Part shown: in pieces, positions 48,162 to 58,606 of the stretch
How the letters are laid out: each line of letters starts with the position of its first letter
How positions within the stretch are numbered: position 1 is the first letter of the stretch
NCBI GenBank assembly: GCA_013334765.1
Contig: JAAXWW010000002.1
Span: forward strand, 21,453-85,452
Length of the DNA stretch: 64,000 bases
Source: Candidatus Moraniibacteriota bacterium
GTDB lineage: Bacteria; Patescibacteriota; Minisyncoccia; Moranbacterales; UBA2206
Direction: 5' to 3'
Translations under genes and position numbers: made by a program
The notes under the pieces: generated by a model
Told to the model about the DNA's origin: nothing
What the model saw: the letters and a program-made list of their open reading frames with translations, nothing else
Database searches by the model: none

Positions 48162-50090
48162 CTATTCTATGCCTGTGTCGGATTCATCGCCGCCGCTTGA
48201 CTGAGCCTCTTCTGAATCGACAGAAGCCGCTTTCATGATTTCAAAGATGTTATATTTAGAACTGTACACATCCACGCTGTTTCCTTCGCGACCGTCGATC
48301 GCCAGATGCCAGGCAGCATCGGTATCATCCATTTTTCTGATATTTTTCCAGATGCCCGCGAAATCGCTTTCGATCCCGCTTCGGGTAACCACATAATAAT
48401 CGATATTCATCCCGCTTTCTATGAGAGATTTCTTCTTTATGCCCGTGCTCTTTATGCATGTCCCACGAAAGAAAGGACAGAATCCCCAATAATCGGTCCA
48501 GACCACCAGTTTGTCGGAATCAGGCAAAGCATTGAGATATTCGGCTGCTTCATAGCCCCCATAGCCCCAGGCTCCGGTTATGATCCGGCTCTTGGGCAGC
48601 ATATCGTTAGTATAATTGAAATAGAAAGGTTTGATAAGCCAAAGGCTTATGGAGCTTATGGCTATCGCTCCGACATAGATGGCGATCCTCCATCGGCTCC
48701 TGAGTTTTTCCCAATCGAAAAGCTCATAGATGCCGATGGCTGCCAGAATCGAGATGATCGGATAAAGCATCACTCCGTAACGTATGCTTATCAGCAATTT
48801 CTGCTGCAGGACTCCGGCATAGAAAGAAATGATGAACGCCGAAAGGATGAAGACCAGCTTCTTTTCGGAAAAAGGATTGGATATGCCTTTTATCCAGGCG
48901 AAAAGGGCTGAAAAAAAGACTATCGGCGTCAGCGAAAAAATGATCGGATAAAGCTCCAAGAAAATCTTGGTCATGATGCTCTTGCTGAAAAAAATCTTGT
49001 CGCGTCCGGCATTGAATGGCACGTCTTTTATCACAAAAGGCTTGTTATCCAAGGCATAATTCAAAAAGACCGCCAGAAAAGACAAGGCTATAAGGGCCGA
49101 CACAAAGGGAACGAGAGCCATGAAGATCTTTTTCGTTTTGGAAAGGAAAAGCAGCAGGAAGCGGCTTTTCCTGATTCCGGCATCCAGGAAAATAAGCGCG
49201 ACGAAAAGGAACAGTCCCAAAAAAGCCAGCAAAGGACTGGTTTTTTTGAATCCGATAGTGCCTTGATACAGGATGCTCGGGTCAACGAAGACCGCCGGCA
49301 TCAGCAAAGAAAAAACAGCGGCGGCAACGGCAAGGATCAAGAAATATCCGGCGATGAAACGTCTGGCTTTCTTGTGCAGGACGCCATCCTTGTTCCACTG
49401 TTCAAAACCATAATAAAATTCGATCGCAAGCGTCAGGATGAAGAACGGGACCAGAATTATGGCCGCGTATTTGCTGAGAAATGAAAGCGCCAGGAAAAAT
49501 CCTGTCAGGAAAGCATATTTCCACTTGTCATCTTTCAGATATATCAGGAAGCTGAGAATGGAAGCAACTGAAAATTCCCAAAGCATCGAATCCGGATTGA
49601 CGATTTGGGATATGCCGATGATTATCGGAGAAAGCAAGATCAGGGATCCGGCCAAAAGCCCCAGCCAGATCTTCCCAGTCAGCTTCCCTATGAGCCACAT
49701 AAGAACCAGACCAAACAGCCCGTTGAATATGAGAAGCGGCAAACGGAAAGCCAGATTGACCTCCTTCATCCTGTCGGGATCATTGACCGTATAGCCGGAA
49801 CCTTTCAAAGTCATCCGGGTGTCCGGCGTTTTTTCAAAAATAGTCCCGATTCCGGAAACATACGCCAGCGTCACTCCCGGCTTGGTGTTTATGCGGGTAG
49901 CAATCCAATTCTCATTCTTAATCGCGTCCCAGTATTGGAAAATCCTGGAAGTGGAATTGTAATACCAATAATGCTCGTCAGCGGTTGAGAAATCGGTCAG
50001 ATGATAAAGGCCGAAAGAAAAATAAACGGCCAACGGAACAAGCGCGAGGAGCGCCAGCTTTGAAAACCCCAACTTCCAGTGATGCGGCAT
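48162..50090 (-). CDS. GT-C-fold membrane glycosyltransferase, paralog 3
   Basis: 642 aa. DEHYWYY, SQIVNPDSMLW, AWGYGGYEAAEYLN, GFCPFFRGTCI. Acidic Ser-rich C-terminal tail. Confidence 0.55.
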   Translation of the reverse strand: MPHHWKLGFSKLALLALVPLAVYFSFGLYHLTDFSTADEHYWYYNSTSRIFQYWDAIKNENWIATRINTKPGVTLAYVSGIGTIFEKTPDTRMTLKGSGYTVNDPDRMKEVNLAFRLPLLIFNGLFGLVLMWLIGKLTGKIWLGLLAGSLILLSPIIIGISQIVNPDSMLWEFSVASILSFLIYLKDDKWKYAFLTGFFLALSFLSKYAAIILVPFFILTLAIEFYYGFEQWNKDGVLHKKARRFIAGYFLILAVAAAVFSLLMPAVFVDPSILYQGTIGFKKTSPLLAFLGLFLFVALIFLDAGIRKSRFLLLFLSKTKKIFMALVPFVSALIALSFLAVFLNYALDNKPFVIKDVPFNAGRDKIFFSKSIMTKIFLELYPIIFSLTPIVFFSALFAWIKGISNPFSEKKLVFILSAFIISFYAGVLQQKLLISIRYGVMLYPIISILAAIGIYELFDWEKLRSRWRIAIYVGAIAISSISLWLIKPFYFNYTNDMLPKSRIITGAWGYGGYEAAEYLNALPDSDKLVVWTDYWGFCPFFRGTCIKSTGIKKKSLIESGMNIDYYVVTRSGIESDFAGIWKNIRKMDDTDAAWHLAIDGREGNSVDVYSSKYNIFEIMKAASVDSEEAQSSGGDESDTGIE

Positions 50091-50172
50091 GGTGACTTTT
50101 TTAGACGGTTATGGTACCATTCGATTGTAATATTTTTTCAACCTTTTCGCAATAATACCCCGATTTATCCAT

Positions 50173-51306
50173 ATGAAGATATTGTTCTTGAATTATGAAT
50201 TCCCACCGCTCGGCGGAGGGGCAGGAAATGCCACATCATATCTTCTCAGGGAATTCTCAAAAATTCCCGGTTTGGAAATAGACTTGGTGACATCTTCAAC
50301 AGGATCTTTCCGCATCGAGAAAAAATATCCGAACGTGACAATCCATTATCTCGATATCGGGAAGAAAGGCAACCTGCACTATCAATCGATGAAGGATCTC
50401 CTGGTCTATTCCAAAAAAGCCTTGAGCTACAGCAAAGGACTGATAGAAAAAAACCGCTATGACCTTTGCCATGCCTTCTTCGGCATCCCGTGCGGATTCA
50501 TCGCGATGCGGCTCGGCATTCCCTATATCGTGTCCCTTCGCGGAAGCGATGTCCCCTTCTATAACAACCGCTTCTTCCTTCTGGACAAGCTGCTTTTCCA
50601 AAGGATAAGCCGCAAGGTCTGGAAAAATTCAAGAAGGGTTGTCGCATTGAGCCATGACCTGAAAAACCTGGCCATGAAAACCGCATCCGACCAGGATATT
50701 TCCATAATATATAACGGCATCGACACTGACGAGTTCTCTCTCGGAACAGATGTCAGGCAAAATGAAAAGCATACCAACATCCTTTTCGTCGGCAGACTCA
50801 TCGAAAGGAAAGGCCTCGGATATCTCTTGGAAGCATTCCGCAACATTTCAAAAGGCTATCCTGATTCCAGGCTGATCGTTACTGGAGACGGACCGCTTCG
50901 GGAAACCTATCAAAAATATCTGGAAGACAACCGTCTCGAAGACAAGGTCGAGATGCTCGGAATAGTAAGCCATGACAAAATCAAGGAAATATACCAGAAA
51001 TCGCATATCTTCGTTCTCCCCTCTCTCAACGAAGCGCTCGGCAACGTTACTCAGGAAGCGTTGGCGACCGGACTGGCCATCATAACGACCGACACCGGCG
51101 CTGCCGAAATCATCCAGGGAAACGGATTGATCATCGAAAAGAAATCTTCGGCATCGATCGAAGAAGCATTGAAAAAACTGCTAGATGACAAAACGATGAT
51201 CGACGAGATGTCGAAAAAAAGCCGCCAATTGGCTGAGAAGATGGATTGGAAAGCGATAGCCGAAAAATATCTGGAAATATACAAAGAGGCTTCTTCGGAA
51301 AAATAA
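50173..51306 (+). CDS. family 4 glycosyltransferase
   Basis: MKILFLNYEFPPLGGGAGNA... GT-B. Paralog of the 54483-55649 gene. Confidence 0.8.
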   Translation: MKILFLNYEFPPLGGGAGNATSYLLREFSKIPGLEIDLVTSSTGSFRIEKKYPNVTIHYLDIGKKGNLHYQSMKDLLVYSKKALSYSKGLIEKNRYDLCHAFFGIPCGFIAMRLGIPYIVSLRGSDVPFYNNRFFLLDKLLFQRISRKVWKNSRRVVALSHDLKNLAMKTASDQDISIIYNGIDTDEFSLGTDVRQNEKHTNILFVGRLIERKGLGYLLEAFRNISKGYPDSRLIVTGDGPLRETYQKYLEDNRLEDKVEMLGIVSHDKIKEIYQKSHIFVLPSLNEALGNVTQEALATGLAIITTDTGAAEIIQGNGLIIEKKSSASIEEALKKLLDDKTMIDEMSKKSRQLAEKMDWKAIAEKYLEIYKEASSEK

Positions 51307-51370
51307 TAACTTGGCTTGAGACACAAAAAAACCTCGACGTCTTGTCGAGGTTTTTTGTTTTTCAGGATCA

Positions 51371-53416
51371 TCACTCCGCAACGCTTTCTGATTTGTACAG
51401 GCGGATATAGTTCTTATATCTTCCGTCGAGCGTAATCTCCCAGACCGGATTTTCGCTCAGCTTGTATTTGAAAGCCGGCGCTACCGAGCTTTTTGCTGTC
51501 TTATAAAAATAATCTATATGATATTTGCTGGTGTTCACTTTGGCTTTATGGATGCACTTTCCCACGAAAAACTCGCAGAATCCGTATGAATCCGCCCAGA
51601 CGGTCAGATTTTCGGCTCCAGGCAGCTTGTTCATATACTGCGCCGCTTCATAGCCTCCATAGCCCCAAGACCCCACGGTGACGTATTTCTTAGGCAGGAT
51701 GTCGTTCGAGTAGCTGAAATAGTATGGCATGATCAGCCAGACGCTTATGAAAGAAAAGGCGATGATAATGAAGGATATCATTTCCGGCTTGGTCTTCTTG
51801 AGTCCTTCCAGCGAAAGCACGCGATACATGACAAAAGCGATTGCTCCCATTGAAGCGGCCAGGATTAGGGAAAATACGGCTTTATGGGAAGCCATAAATA
51901 TCCCAAATCCGCTCTCGCTCACGATCCCTGCCTGCATGATGGCAGAAAGCGCCCAAAGAAACGCAATCGCCGAAATGACTATTGAGAAAGTCCCGAAAAT
52001 CTTCCTGAATAAGCCGTCCTTCGCCCGATCATAGAAGAATTCCCAAATGGCGATGGAGATGAGGATCATGCACAGCGGATAAAGGATGATGCTGTAGCGG
52101 ATCGTCAGAAGAAGCCCCTGCTCTATGACAGCTATATAGAATATGATGATGAATGAAGAGAACAGGAATGTCAGATATTCATAATTAGATTTCCTGAAAA
52201 TGGACTTTATCCAGACATAGAGAAGGAGCAGCAGCGTGAAAGGCGTCAGCGAAAAGACCAGTGGCACCGATTCCATCAGGAACTTATACAGGAACGGGAG
52301 TTTGGCGAATGACGGATCGCGCTTGGTGTCGAAAGGAATGCTTTCGAGATCCAGCAGCCTGTGGCGCGACAGCCAGTTGATGAGTATGAAAACGAAAGTG
52401 AAGGCAAGAATCAGATAGACCAGTTTCGGCAGCCATTTCTTGAGCGGTTGGAGCTTGGCAAGAACCCAAAGCCAAAACCTGCTTTTCAGGAAATAGGCAT
52501 CCGCCATAATCAGCAGATTGAAAGCCATCAGTGGCCAGAATACCGGTCCCATGCCGGGAAACCCGATCGTCCCTTCATAGAAATATTTCCATTTCACAAA
52601 AACCGCCGGCATCATGAGAGCGAATATGAGGAAGCCGCCCATGACTATCGCAAGATAGCCGAGACTAAGAGACAGCAATCGTTTGGAAAACTCGTCTGTC
52701 TTGTCCTTCCATTCATCATATTCGAAATAATAATAGGTGTGCAGCATCATGAAATAGAATGGAATGAAGATGATGCTCACGTATTTGCTGGCCATGGAGA
52801 GGCCGAAAAAAAGAAGCGTCAGCCAGCAATATTTCTTTTCGAAGAACTTGAGATAGGCCAGGTATGTCAGGATGGAAGCGAAACCGAAAATCCAGAAAAC
52901 AGAATCCGGGTTGACGATCTGGGACATGCCGATGATAACCGGAGAAAGATACATCAGAATGATCGACCAAAGGGCGACCCACGGATTGCCCAGGATCTTC
53001 TTGAGCATCCAGAAAAAGAAGATCGCGAAAAGGCCGGCGACGATGAGGATCGGCGTGCGATAAATGAAGCTTATTTCCTCTATTTTTCCCGGATCGAAAA
53101 TCTTGACTGTTCCGTCGGTGAATTTAAGCTGAGCTTCCGGATTATGTTCAAAGAAAAGCCCGATACCGGAGGTATACGCGAGCGTGATTCCCGGCTTATC
53201 GTTTATGCGGGTCTTCTTCCAATTCTGGTCGGCTATGGCTTGCCAGTATTGATGGATCCTGTCCGATTCTGGATTGAAAAGCCAGAAATGTTCATCGGAA
53301 GAAACGAAGCGCGTGATATTGTGGAATCCGAAAGCGAAAAACATCACTATGACCGAAGCCAGGAACAGCTCGACTTTGATATTCTTGCGCCCTTTCATTT
53401 TTTGGAATAATTTCAT
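51371..53416 (-). CDS. GT-C-fold membrane glycosyltransferase, paralog 4
   Basis: 681 aa. DEHFW, SQIVNPDSVFW, SWGYGGYEAAQYMN, GFCEFFVGKCI. Confidence 0.55.
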   Translation of the reverse strand: MKLFQKMKGRKNIKVELFLASVIVMFFAFGFHNITRFVSSDEHFWLFNPESDRIHQYWQAIADQNWKKTRINDKPGITLAYTSGIGLFFEHNPEAQLKFTDGTVKIFDPGKIEEISFIYRTPILIVAGLFAIFFFWMLKKILGNPWVALWSIILMYLSPVIIGMSQIVNPDSVFWIFGFASILTYLAYLKFFEKKYCWLTLLFFGLSMASKYVSIIFIPFYFMMLHTYYYFEYDEWKDKTDEFSKRLLSLSLGYLAIVMGGFLIFALMMPAVFVKWKYFYEGTIGFPGMGPVFWPLMAFNLLIMADAYFLKSRFWLWVLAKLQPLKKWLPKLVYLILAFTFVFILINWLSRHRLLDLESIPFDTKRDPSFAKLPFLYKFLMESVPLVFSLTPFTLLLLLYVWIKSIFRKSNYEYLTFLFSSFIIIFYIAVIEQGLLLTIRYSIILYPLCMILISIAIWEFFYDRAKDGLFRKIFGTFSIVISAIAFLWALSAIMQAGIVSESGFGIFMASHKAVFSLILAASMGAIAFVMYRVLSLEGLKKTKPEMISFIIIAFSFISVWLIMPYYFSYSNDILPKKYVTVGSWGYGGYEAAQYMNKLPGAENLTVWADSYGFCEFFVGKCIHKAKVNTSKYHIDYFYKTAKSSVAPAFKYKLSENPVWEITLDGRYKNYIRLYKSESVAE

Positions 53417-53493
53417 ATCGTTTTCCCCATCAGGACTTGCGCATTTGCCTCAAAAACCTTTTAAACCGCGAGGCTATGCGGAATCCGTCCGGG

Positions 53494-54486
53494 TTATAAT
53501 GTTTCTCCTATTTCTTTTTCTTCTATCTCTTCTATGATTCCCCTGTCCTTCTTCGTTTTGAGATACATCGGAAGCGCCGCGAAGCTGATGAGCATCTGAA
53601 GAAAACGGCTAACAATGGAAACCGCCGTCACCGCCGCGCTATTGACTCCGAATATCCCGAAAAAAGTCACAAAAGCCCATTCTTTGAGCCCGATGTTGTT
53701 GATTGAGATCGGAATGGAAGAAACGATCGTGATTATGAATATCACGGACAAATAATTTATGATCCCGATATGGACTCCGAAGGCCAGCAACAGGACATAG
53801 TTGGCAAGCGCCATGCCGACTATGGAAAACACGCCGCCCATCATGACGCTCTTCACCAGTATGCCGTGATCGCTGCTATACAATCCCAGTTCATGAAAGA
53901 ACTCCGTGATCTTCTCCGGAAGGATTTTTTTGGCTTGGTTCTTTATGAGCGGGATGCTTTTCACTTTTGCCAGGAAAAGGTCGAAAAGGAAGGAAAGGAA
54001 AATAAGCGCATTGGCAACCAAAAGGGCTTTATTTCCCATGACCGTTCTGAAATTGATCAGGCTGAAAACAAGGACCAGGACGGTCGCGCCAACCAGCCCG
54101 GTTATCCTGTCCATCATGACCGAAGACGCCGCCTGAGCGAATTTGTTGCCCTTCTTGCCGATTTCATACGACTTGTATGTGTCGCCGCCAAGGAAGCCGG
54201 GCATGAAGTTGTTGATGAATGTGCCAGTCAGATAATATTTGAAGAAATCGCCGAACGGGCGATGGATGCCTTTGAATCCGGCCAGCATCCTCCATTTGAA
54301 AGCCGAGATGAATATCCCGGAAACGACGATCGCGAGATACAGGGCGATCTGCCAATAATTCACTTGCCCTAAATAAAAAAGGACTTCGTTCCATTTGATC
54401 TTGAAAACCAGCCAGGCGATGAAACCGAGGCTGACCAATATCTTGACCGCGTTCTTGAATATCTTTCCCTTGAATATCTTTTTCAT
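53494..54486 (-). CDS. flippase-like membrane protein (lysylphosphatidylglycerol-synthase TM-region / UPF0104 family)
   Basis: 330 aa, about 8 TM helices. N-terminal ILVSLGFIAWLVFKI...LAGFKG pattern of this family. Overlaps the GT4 gene by 4 nt. Confidence 0.6.
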   Translation of the reverse strand: MKKIFKGKIFKNAVKILVSLGFIAWLVFKIKWNEVLFYLGQVNYWQIALYLAIVVSGIFISAFKWRMLAGFKGIHRPFGDFFKYYLTGTFINNFMPGFLGGDTYKSYEIGKKGNKFAQAASSVMMDRITGLVGATVLVLVFSLINFRTVMGNKALLVANALIFLSFLFDLFLAKVKSIPLIKNQAKKILPEKITEFFHELGLYSSDHGILVKSVMMGGVFSIVGMALANYVLLLAFGVHIGIINYLSVIFIITIVSSIPISINNIGLKEWAFVTFFGIFGVNSAAVTAVSIVSRFLQMLISFAALPMYLKTKKDRGIIEEIEEKEIGETL

Positions 54487-55649
54487 TTTTGTCTTGTTAT
54501 CTTTTCGTATTCGCCGGCATATTTTTCGGCGACTGTCTGCCAGCTCATTTCCTTGGACATCTCCAGGCTCTTTCGTGACATCGATTCCCGGAGATTATTG
54601 TCGTCCATTATGAGCTTGATTTTCTCGGCGATGTCATGGCTGTTTTCGAATCCGACGATGAATCCGTTTTCTCCTGGTCTGACCAGTTCGCTCGCTCCGC
54701 CGGTATTGGTCGTCACGATCGGAAGCCCGGTCGCCAATGCCTCAAGCATGGCGTTGCTCATGCCTTCGTTAAGTGAAGGCAGAACGAAAAGGTCCGCTTC
54801 CTGATATCGCGGCACGATATCTTCATGCGAAAAACGCCCCAAAAATTCGATATTCTTTTCCAGCTTCAATTCGCGGACCAGGTTCTTGAGGTTTTCGCTT
54901 TCGTTGCCCTCCCCCATTATCCTGAGCCGGATATGCGGATGATCCGGAACAAGTTCAGAAACGGCTTCGACCAGATATTTGAGTCCTTTTCTTGCGGTTA
55001 TCCTCGATCCTCCCGGAGTGATGACGAATTCCTGGGGGTTCTTTCTTTTTTCATCAGGTTTGAATTGTTCGATATTGACCCCGTTATGAATCACGCCGAT
55101 CTCCTGATCAGGGCTTGACTCGAGAGCCAGTTCCCGAAGCCCCATGGAATTGGAGATGACGCTTCCGGCTGATTTCCAAATCTTCACGATCAGGGGTTTC
55201 AAAATATCATATATGAACATGAAGCGGTCGCTATAGCCGGGAACATCCGAGCCTCTGAGGCTTATGATATAGGGTATGCCGAATTTCTTTTTGAACCTAT
55301 AGGAGAGATATCCGCAAGGGACGGTGAAAAAAGAATGCGTGGCGTCGTATCCGTTGTCGCCGGCTTCCAGAATGAGTTTCTTTGAAAACCAATAGGCTTC
55401 CCAGGTATAGACCAGCAGGTCCTTTTGGGATTGGAAATGGAGATTCCTGCTGTTTTTCCCGATAGGAAGGCGGTGGACGCGGACATTCTCCCCCATCTTC
55501 TCGAGGTGATATTCGCTATCGACAGATGAAGTCACCAGGTCTATTTCCAAATCGGGATTCTTTGCGAATTCGCGCAGGATGCAAAAAGCCGCATTGGCTG
55601 CGCCCCCTCCCAATGGCGGATATTCGTAGTTGAAAAAAAGTATTTTCAT
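54483..55649 (-). CDS. family 4 glycosyltransferase
   Basis: MKILFFNYEYPPLGGGAANA... GT-B. Confidence 0.8.
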   Translation of the reverse strand: MKILFFNYEYPPLGGGAANAAFCILREFAKNPDLEIDLVTSSVDSEYHLEKMGENVRVHRLPIGKNSRNLHFQSQKDLLVYTWEAYWFSKKLILEAGDNGYDATHSFFTVPCGYLSYRFKKKFGIPYIISLRGSDVPGYSDRFMFIYDILKPLIVKIWKSAGSVISNSMGLRELALESSPDQEIGVIHNGVNIEQFKPDEKRKNPQEFVITPGGSRITARKGLKYLVEAVSELVPDHPHIRLRIMGEGNESENLKNLVRELKLEKNIEFLGRFSHEDIVPRYQEADLFVLPSLNEGMSNAMLEALATGLPIVTTNTGGASELVRPGENGFIVGFENSHDIAEKIKLIMDDNNLRESMSRKSLEMSKEMSWQTVAEKYAGEYEKITRQK

Positions 55650-55758
55650 AACAGGGTTATTATATCAGACAAATGAGGCCGGAACAATATGCTGCTCGAA
55701 ACAAAAAAGGCTCCTGAAACCCGCTTCGATCGGATTTCAAGAGCCCTGGAAACTGGGC

Positions 55759-56259
55759 CTATGCCGTATAGAATTTTTCTCCCGGGGTGTTGCAGACCGG
55801 ACAGTTGTCAGGCGCGGCTCCGATAGCCGGATATCCGCAGACCGGACAGATATAGTATTCCTCGTCTGAGACGTCTTCGCCGAGTTCCAGTTTCTCAAGA
55901 GCCAAGTTGAAAAGATCCTGATGGACGCCTTCGACTTTCAACGCTCCCTGGAATGAAATTTCAGCCGCTTTGATTCCTTCAGCCTTGGCATCTTCAAGGA
56001 ATTCCGGATACATTTTTTCTATTTCATAAGTCTCTCCGGCAATTGCTGCTTCGAGATTTTCCTTGGTGCTTTTGATTCCTCCGGAAGCTTGCAGGTGATT
56101 GAGCGCATGCACTGTTTCCCCTTCCGCTGCCACGCGGAAAAGTTTGGCTAGCCCTGGTTTTCCCTCTTCTTCGGCTTTTTTGGCAAAAGCCAGATATTTC
56201 CTGTTAGCTTGGGACTCGCCGGCGAATGCCGCTTTGAGGTCTTCTTGTGTTTTTGACAT
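55759..56259 (-). CDS. rbr: rubrerythrin
   Basis: Ferritin-like diiron E...EXXH pairs plus C-terminal rubredoxin CPVCG...CPVCN. Confidence 0.85.
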   Translation of the reverse strand: MSKTQEDLKAAFAGESQANRKYLAFAKKAEEEGKPGLAKLFRVAAEGETVHALNHLQASGGIKSTKENLEAAIAGETYEIEKMYPEFLEDAKAEGIKAAEISFQGALKVEGVHQDLFNLALEKLELGEDVSDEEYYICPVCGYPAIGAAPDNCPVCNTPGEKFYTA

Positions 56260-56326
56260 ATTTTTTATGGATTATTGAAAAATATTTTTTGCTTCTTTAT
56301 GCCTATTCTAACATAAATTGGAAGAT

Positions 56327-56361
56327 AAAAAAACGGGCACACGCAGGTTCACGTGTGCCCG
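56327..56361 (-). terminator. rho-independent terminator
   Basis: Perfect 10-bp stem cgggcacacg / cgtgtgcccg. U7 on the minus strand. Confidence 0.55.
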
Positions 56362-56390
56362 TTGGGGGCGGAGCGACTGACCAATGTCAG

Positions 56391-56600
56391 TCAAAGTCGC
56401 TGAGCAACTTCCCTTCCTTCAATGAAAACTTTTGCATTGGCAAGGTTGATGTCGTCAATGCCGAGCTTTTCAAACAAAGTCTGCCCAAGACACCTCGCGA
56501 TATCTTCCTTGGCACACACATTGTCAGAAACAAGGAAGTGGTGCTTTCCTCCCTTGAAAAGATAAAACCCCACAACCATGCCATTCGCTTTTTCAGCCAT
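56391..56600 (-). CDS. hypothetical small protein (69 aa)
   Basis: AAGGAG RBS 9 nt upstream. Own terminator. A second hairpin (gactgac/gtcagtc) overlaps the stop codon. Confidence 0.4.
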   Translation of the reverse strand: MAEKANGMVVGFYLFKGGKHHFLVSDNVCAKEDIARCLGQTLFEKLGIDDINLANAKVFIEGREVAQRL

Positions 56601-56699
56601 TTCTTGACACTCCTTAGCGCCAGTTTTTTCTGGTTAAGAACAAAAGATAACAATAAGACCTTACAACAATATCCACACAAAGTCAATAGCGTGAAAACA

Positions 56700-56737
56700 T
56701 AAAAAATCCCCGATACGCAAACGTGTGCGTGTCGGGG
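56700..56737 (-). terminator. rho-independent terminator
   Basis: ccccga-tacgca...tgcgtg-tcgggg extended hairpin. U6 on the minus strand. Confidence 0.55.
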
Positions 56738-56756
56738 AATAAGCGAGGAAAAGATT

Positions 56757-57089
56757 CTAAGCGGCCTTTCTCCTTGAAAGAACAAACTTATCAGCGATGG
56801 CACCTGTCGTCATTCCTTTCAGTGCTGCCACGCTGATTTCCGGAATTGCATAAACGGCACCCATGGTATGAAGCTCAATGCCGCTGATAACGCCAATCGC
56901 TGGCTTCCTTTTGAAAAAATTCGCAAGTTCCCGAGCAGCATCAAAAAGGGCCGGCTTGAGATTGATATGTCCCTTCAGCTCGATTCTTTTAACGAGCGGA
57001 ACGATACTGCCTTTCGCGTCATACGAATTAGGGCTCAAGAAAGACAATGTGCAACACGTAGCATTCTGCTGTGAAGTTTCCTTTTTCAT
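56757..57089 (-). CDS. hypothetical protein (110 aa)
   Basis: ORF with its own terminator. No family recognised. Confidence 0.35.
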   Translation of the reverse strand: MKKETSQQNATCCTLSFLSPNSYDAKGSIVPLVKRIELKGHINLKPALFDAARELANFFKRKPAIGVISGIELHTMGAVYAIPEISVAALKGMTTGAIADKFVLSRRKAA

Positions 57090-57269
57090 GACGCCATGTC
57101 CTTTCTTCTGATTGTTTCAGAAAATGTTTCAGGCTTTCCCCTGCCAAAAGTACTATATACGCACGAATAATGAAGAAACTATACCAAAACAAGCTTCGGA
57201 AGTCAAATAGGGAAACAAAAACCGCCCTCAAAGAATGAGAGCAGTTTATTGAAAGAATATTCTTGAAAT

Positions 57270-58586
57270 CTATTCCGCGTCCACTCGTCCGACAGAATAA
57301 TATTTGAAACCTTCTTTCTTCATCGCTTTCACGGTATAGACATTTCGGAGATCAACAACGACCGGGGCATTGAGAAGCGATTTGACGCGTTCCAAATCAA
57401 GCGCGCGGTATTCGTTCCATTCGGTCATGAAAACGAGCACATCCGCTCCCTCGCAAGCCTTGTACGGATCATCGACATATTCCAGATCAGGCATGATCTT
57501 CTTGGCTTCTTCCATAGCTTCAGGATCATGAGCTTTGATCCTGGCTCCCTTTTCGGAAAGAGCCGAAAGGATGGTGATCGCCGGAGCATCGCGCATATCA
57601 TCGGTTTCTGGCTTAAAAGCAAGTCCGAGAACAGCAACAGTTTTTCCTGATTCGCTTCCTCCCAACGCCTTCTTGATTTTCCTGATCATCTTGGCTTTCT
57701 GAGCTGAATTGACTTCGACAACCGTTTCAACAATGCGAAGAGGCGCTCCATATTCCTGTCCAGTCCTCATGCAAGCCTTCGTGTCCTTCGGAAAGCATGA
57801 TCCGCCATATCCAGGACCAGCCTGTAGGAATTTCATTCCGATACGGCTGTCCAGTCCCATGCCTTTCGAGACATCATCGATATTGGCTCCGATCGCCTCG
57901 CAAAGATTAGCGATTTCATTGATGAAGCTGATCTTGGTCGCCAAAAATGCATTAGCGGCATATTTTGTGAGCTCAGCTGACATGAGATCAGTGATAACAA
58001 TCGGGGTCTTCGAAAGATAAAGAGGTTCATATATTTTCTTCATGGTCGCCTCAGCCTTTTCAGAAGCTACTCCGATGACCACGCGATCAGGTTTCATGAA
58101 GTCGCTGATCGCGGCACCTTCCCTGAGAAATTCAGGATTGGACGCCACATCGAAATCAGCTTCCGGATTGGTTTCTTTGATGATTCTCGCCACCTGATTG
58201 GCGGTTCCAACTGGAACGGTGCTTTTGTCCACGATGACGGTATAGCCTTTGAGATGCTCGGCGATATTTTTCGCCGCTTCGAATACATAGGTGAGATCCG
58301 CATAACCGTCTCCTCGCCTGGAACTCGGGGTTCCGACAGCGATGAAAACAGCGTCCGCTTCTGAAATAGCAGGATCATAGGAAGTGGTGAAATTCAATCT
58401 TCCAGCAGATGTGTTCTTCTTGACCAATTCATCCAGTCCTGGCTCATAGATAGGAATTTTACCCTCTTTAAGGCTTGTTATTTTCTTTTCATCGATATCG
58501 ATGCAAGTGACAGTGTGTCCGAAATCAGCGAAACATGCTCCGCTCACCAATCCCACATATCCAGTTCCAATGACTGCTATTTTCAT
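57270..58586 (-). CDS. ugd: UDP-glucose 6-dehydrogenase
   Basis: MKIAVIGTGYVGLVSGACFA, catalytic GGSCFPKD, 438 aa. Confidence 0.9.
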   Translation of the reverse strand: MKIAVIGTGYVGLVSGACFADFGHTVTCIDIDEKKITSLKEGKIPIYEPGLDELVKKNTSAGRLNFTTSYDPAISEADAVFIAVGTPSSRRGDGYADLTYVFEAAKNIAEHLKGYTVIVDKSTVPVGTANQVARIIKETNPEADFDVASNPEFLREGAAISDFMKPDRVVIGVASEKAEATMKKIYEPLYLSKTPIVITDLMSAELTKYAANAFLATKISFINEIANLCEAIGANIDDVSKGMGLDSRIGMKFLQAGPGYGGSCFPKDTKACMRTGQEYGAPLRIVETVVEVNSAQKAKMIRKIKKALGGSESGKTVAVLGLAFKPETDDMRDAPAITILSALSEKGARIKAHDPEAMEEAKKIMPDLEYVDDPYKACEGADVLVFMTEWNEYRALDLERVKSLLNAPVVVDLRNVYTVKAMKKEGFKYYSVGRVDAE

Positions 58587-58606
58587 ATTTTTGGTATTTT
58601 AATTTA

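Noticed and set aside
56673-56681. Single DnaA-box-like ATATCCACA.
   Set aside because: Isolated occurrence inside an intergenic terminator region, so a chance match.
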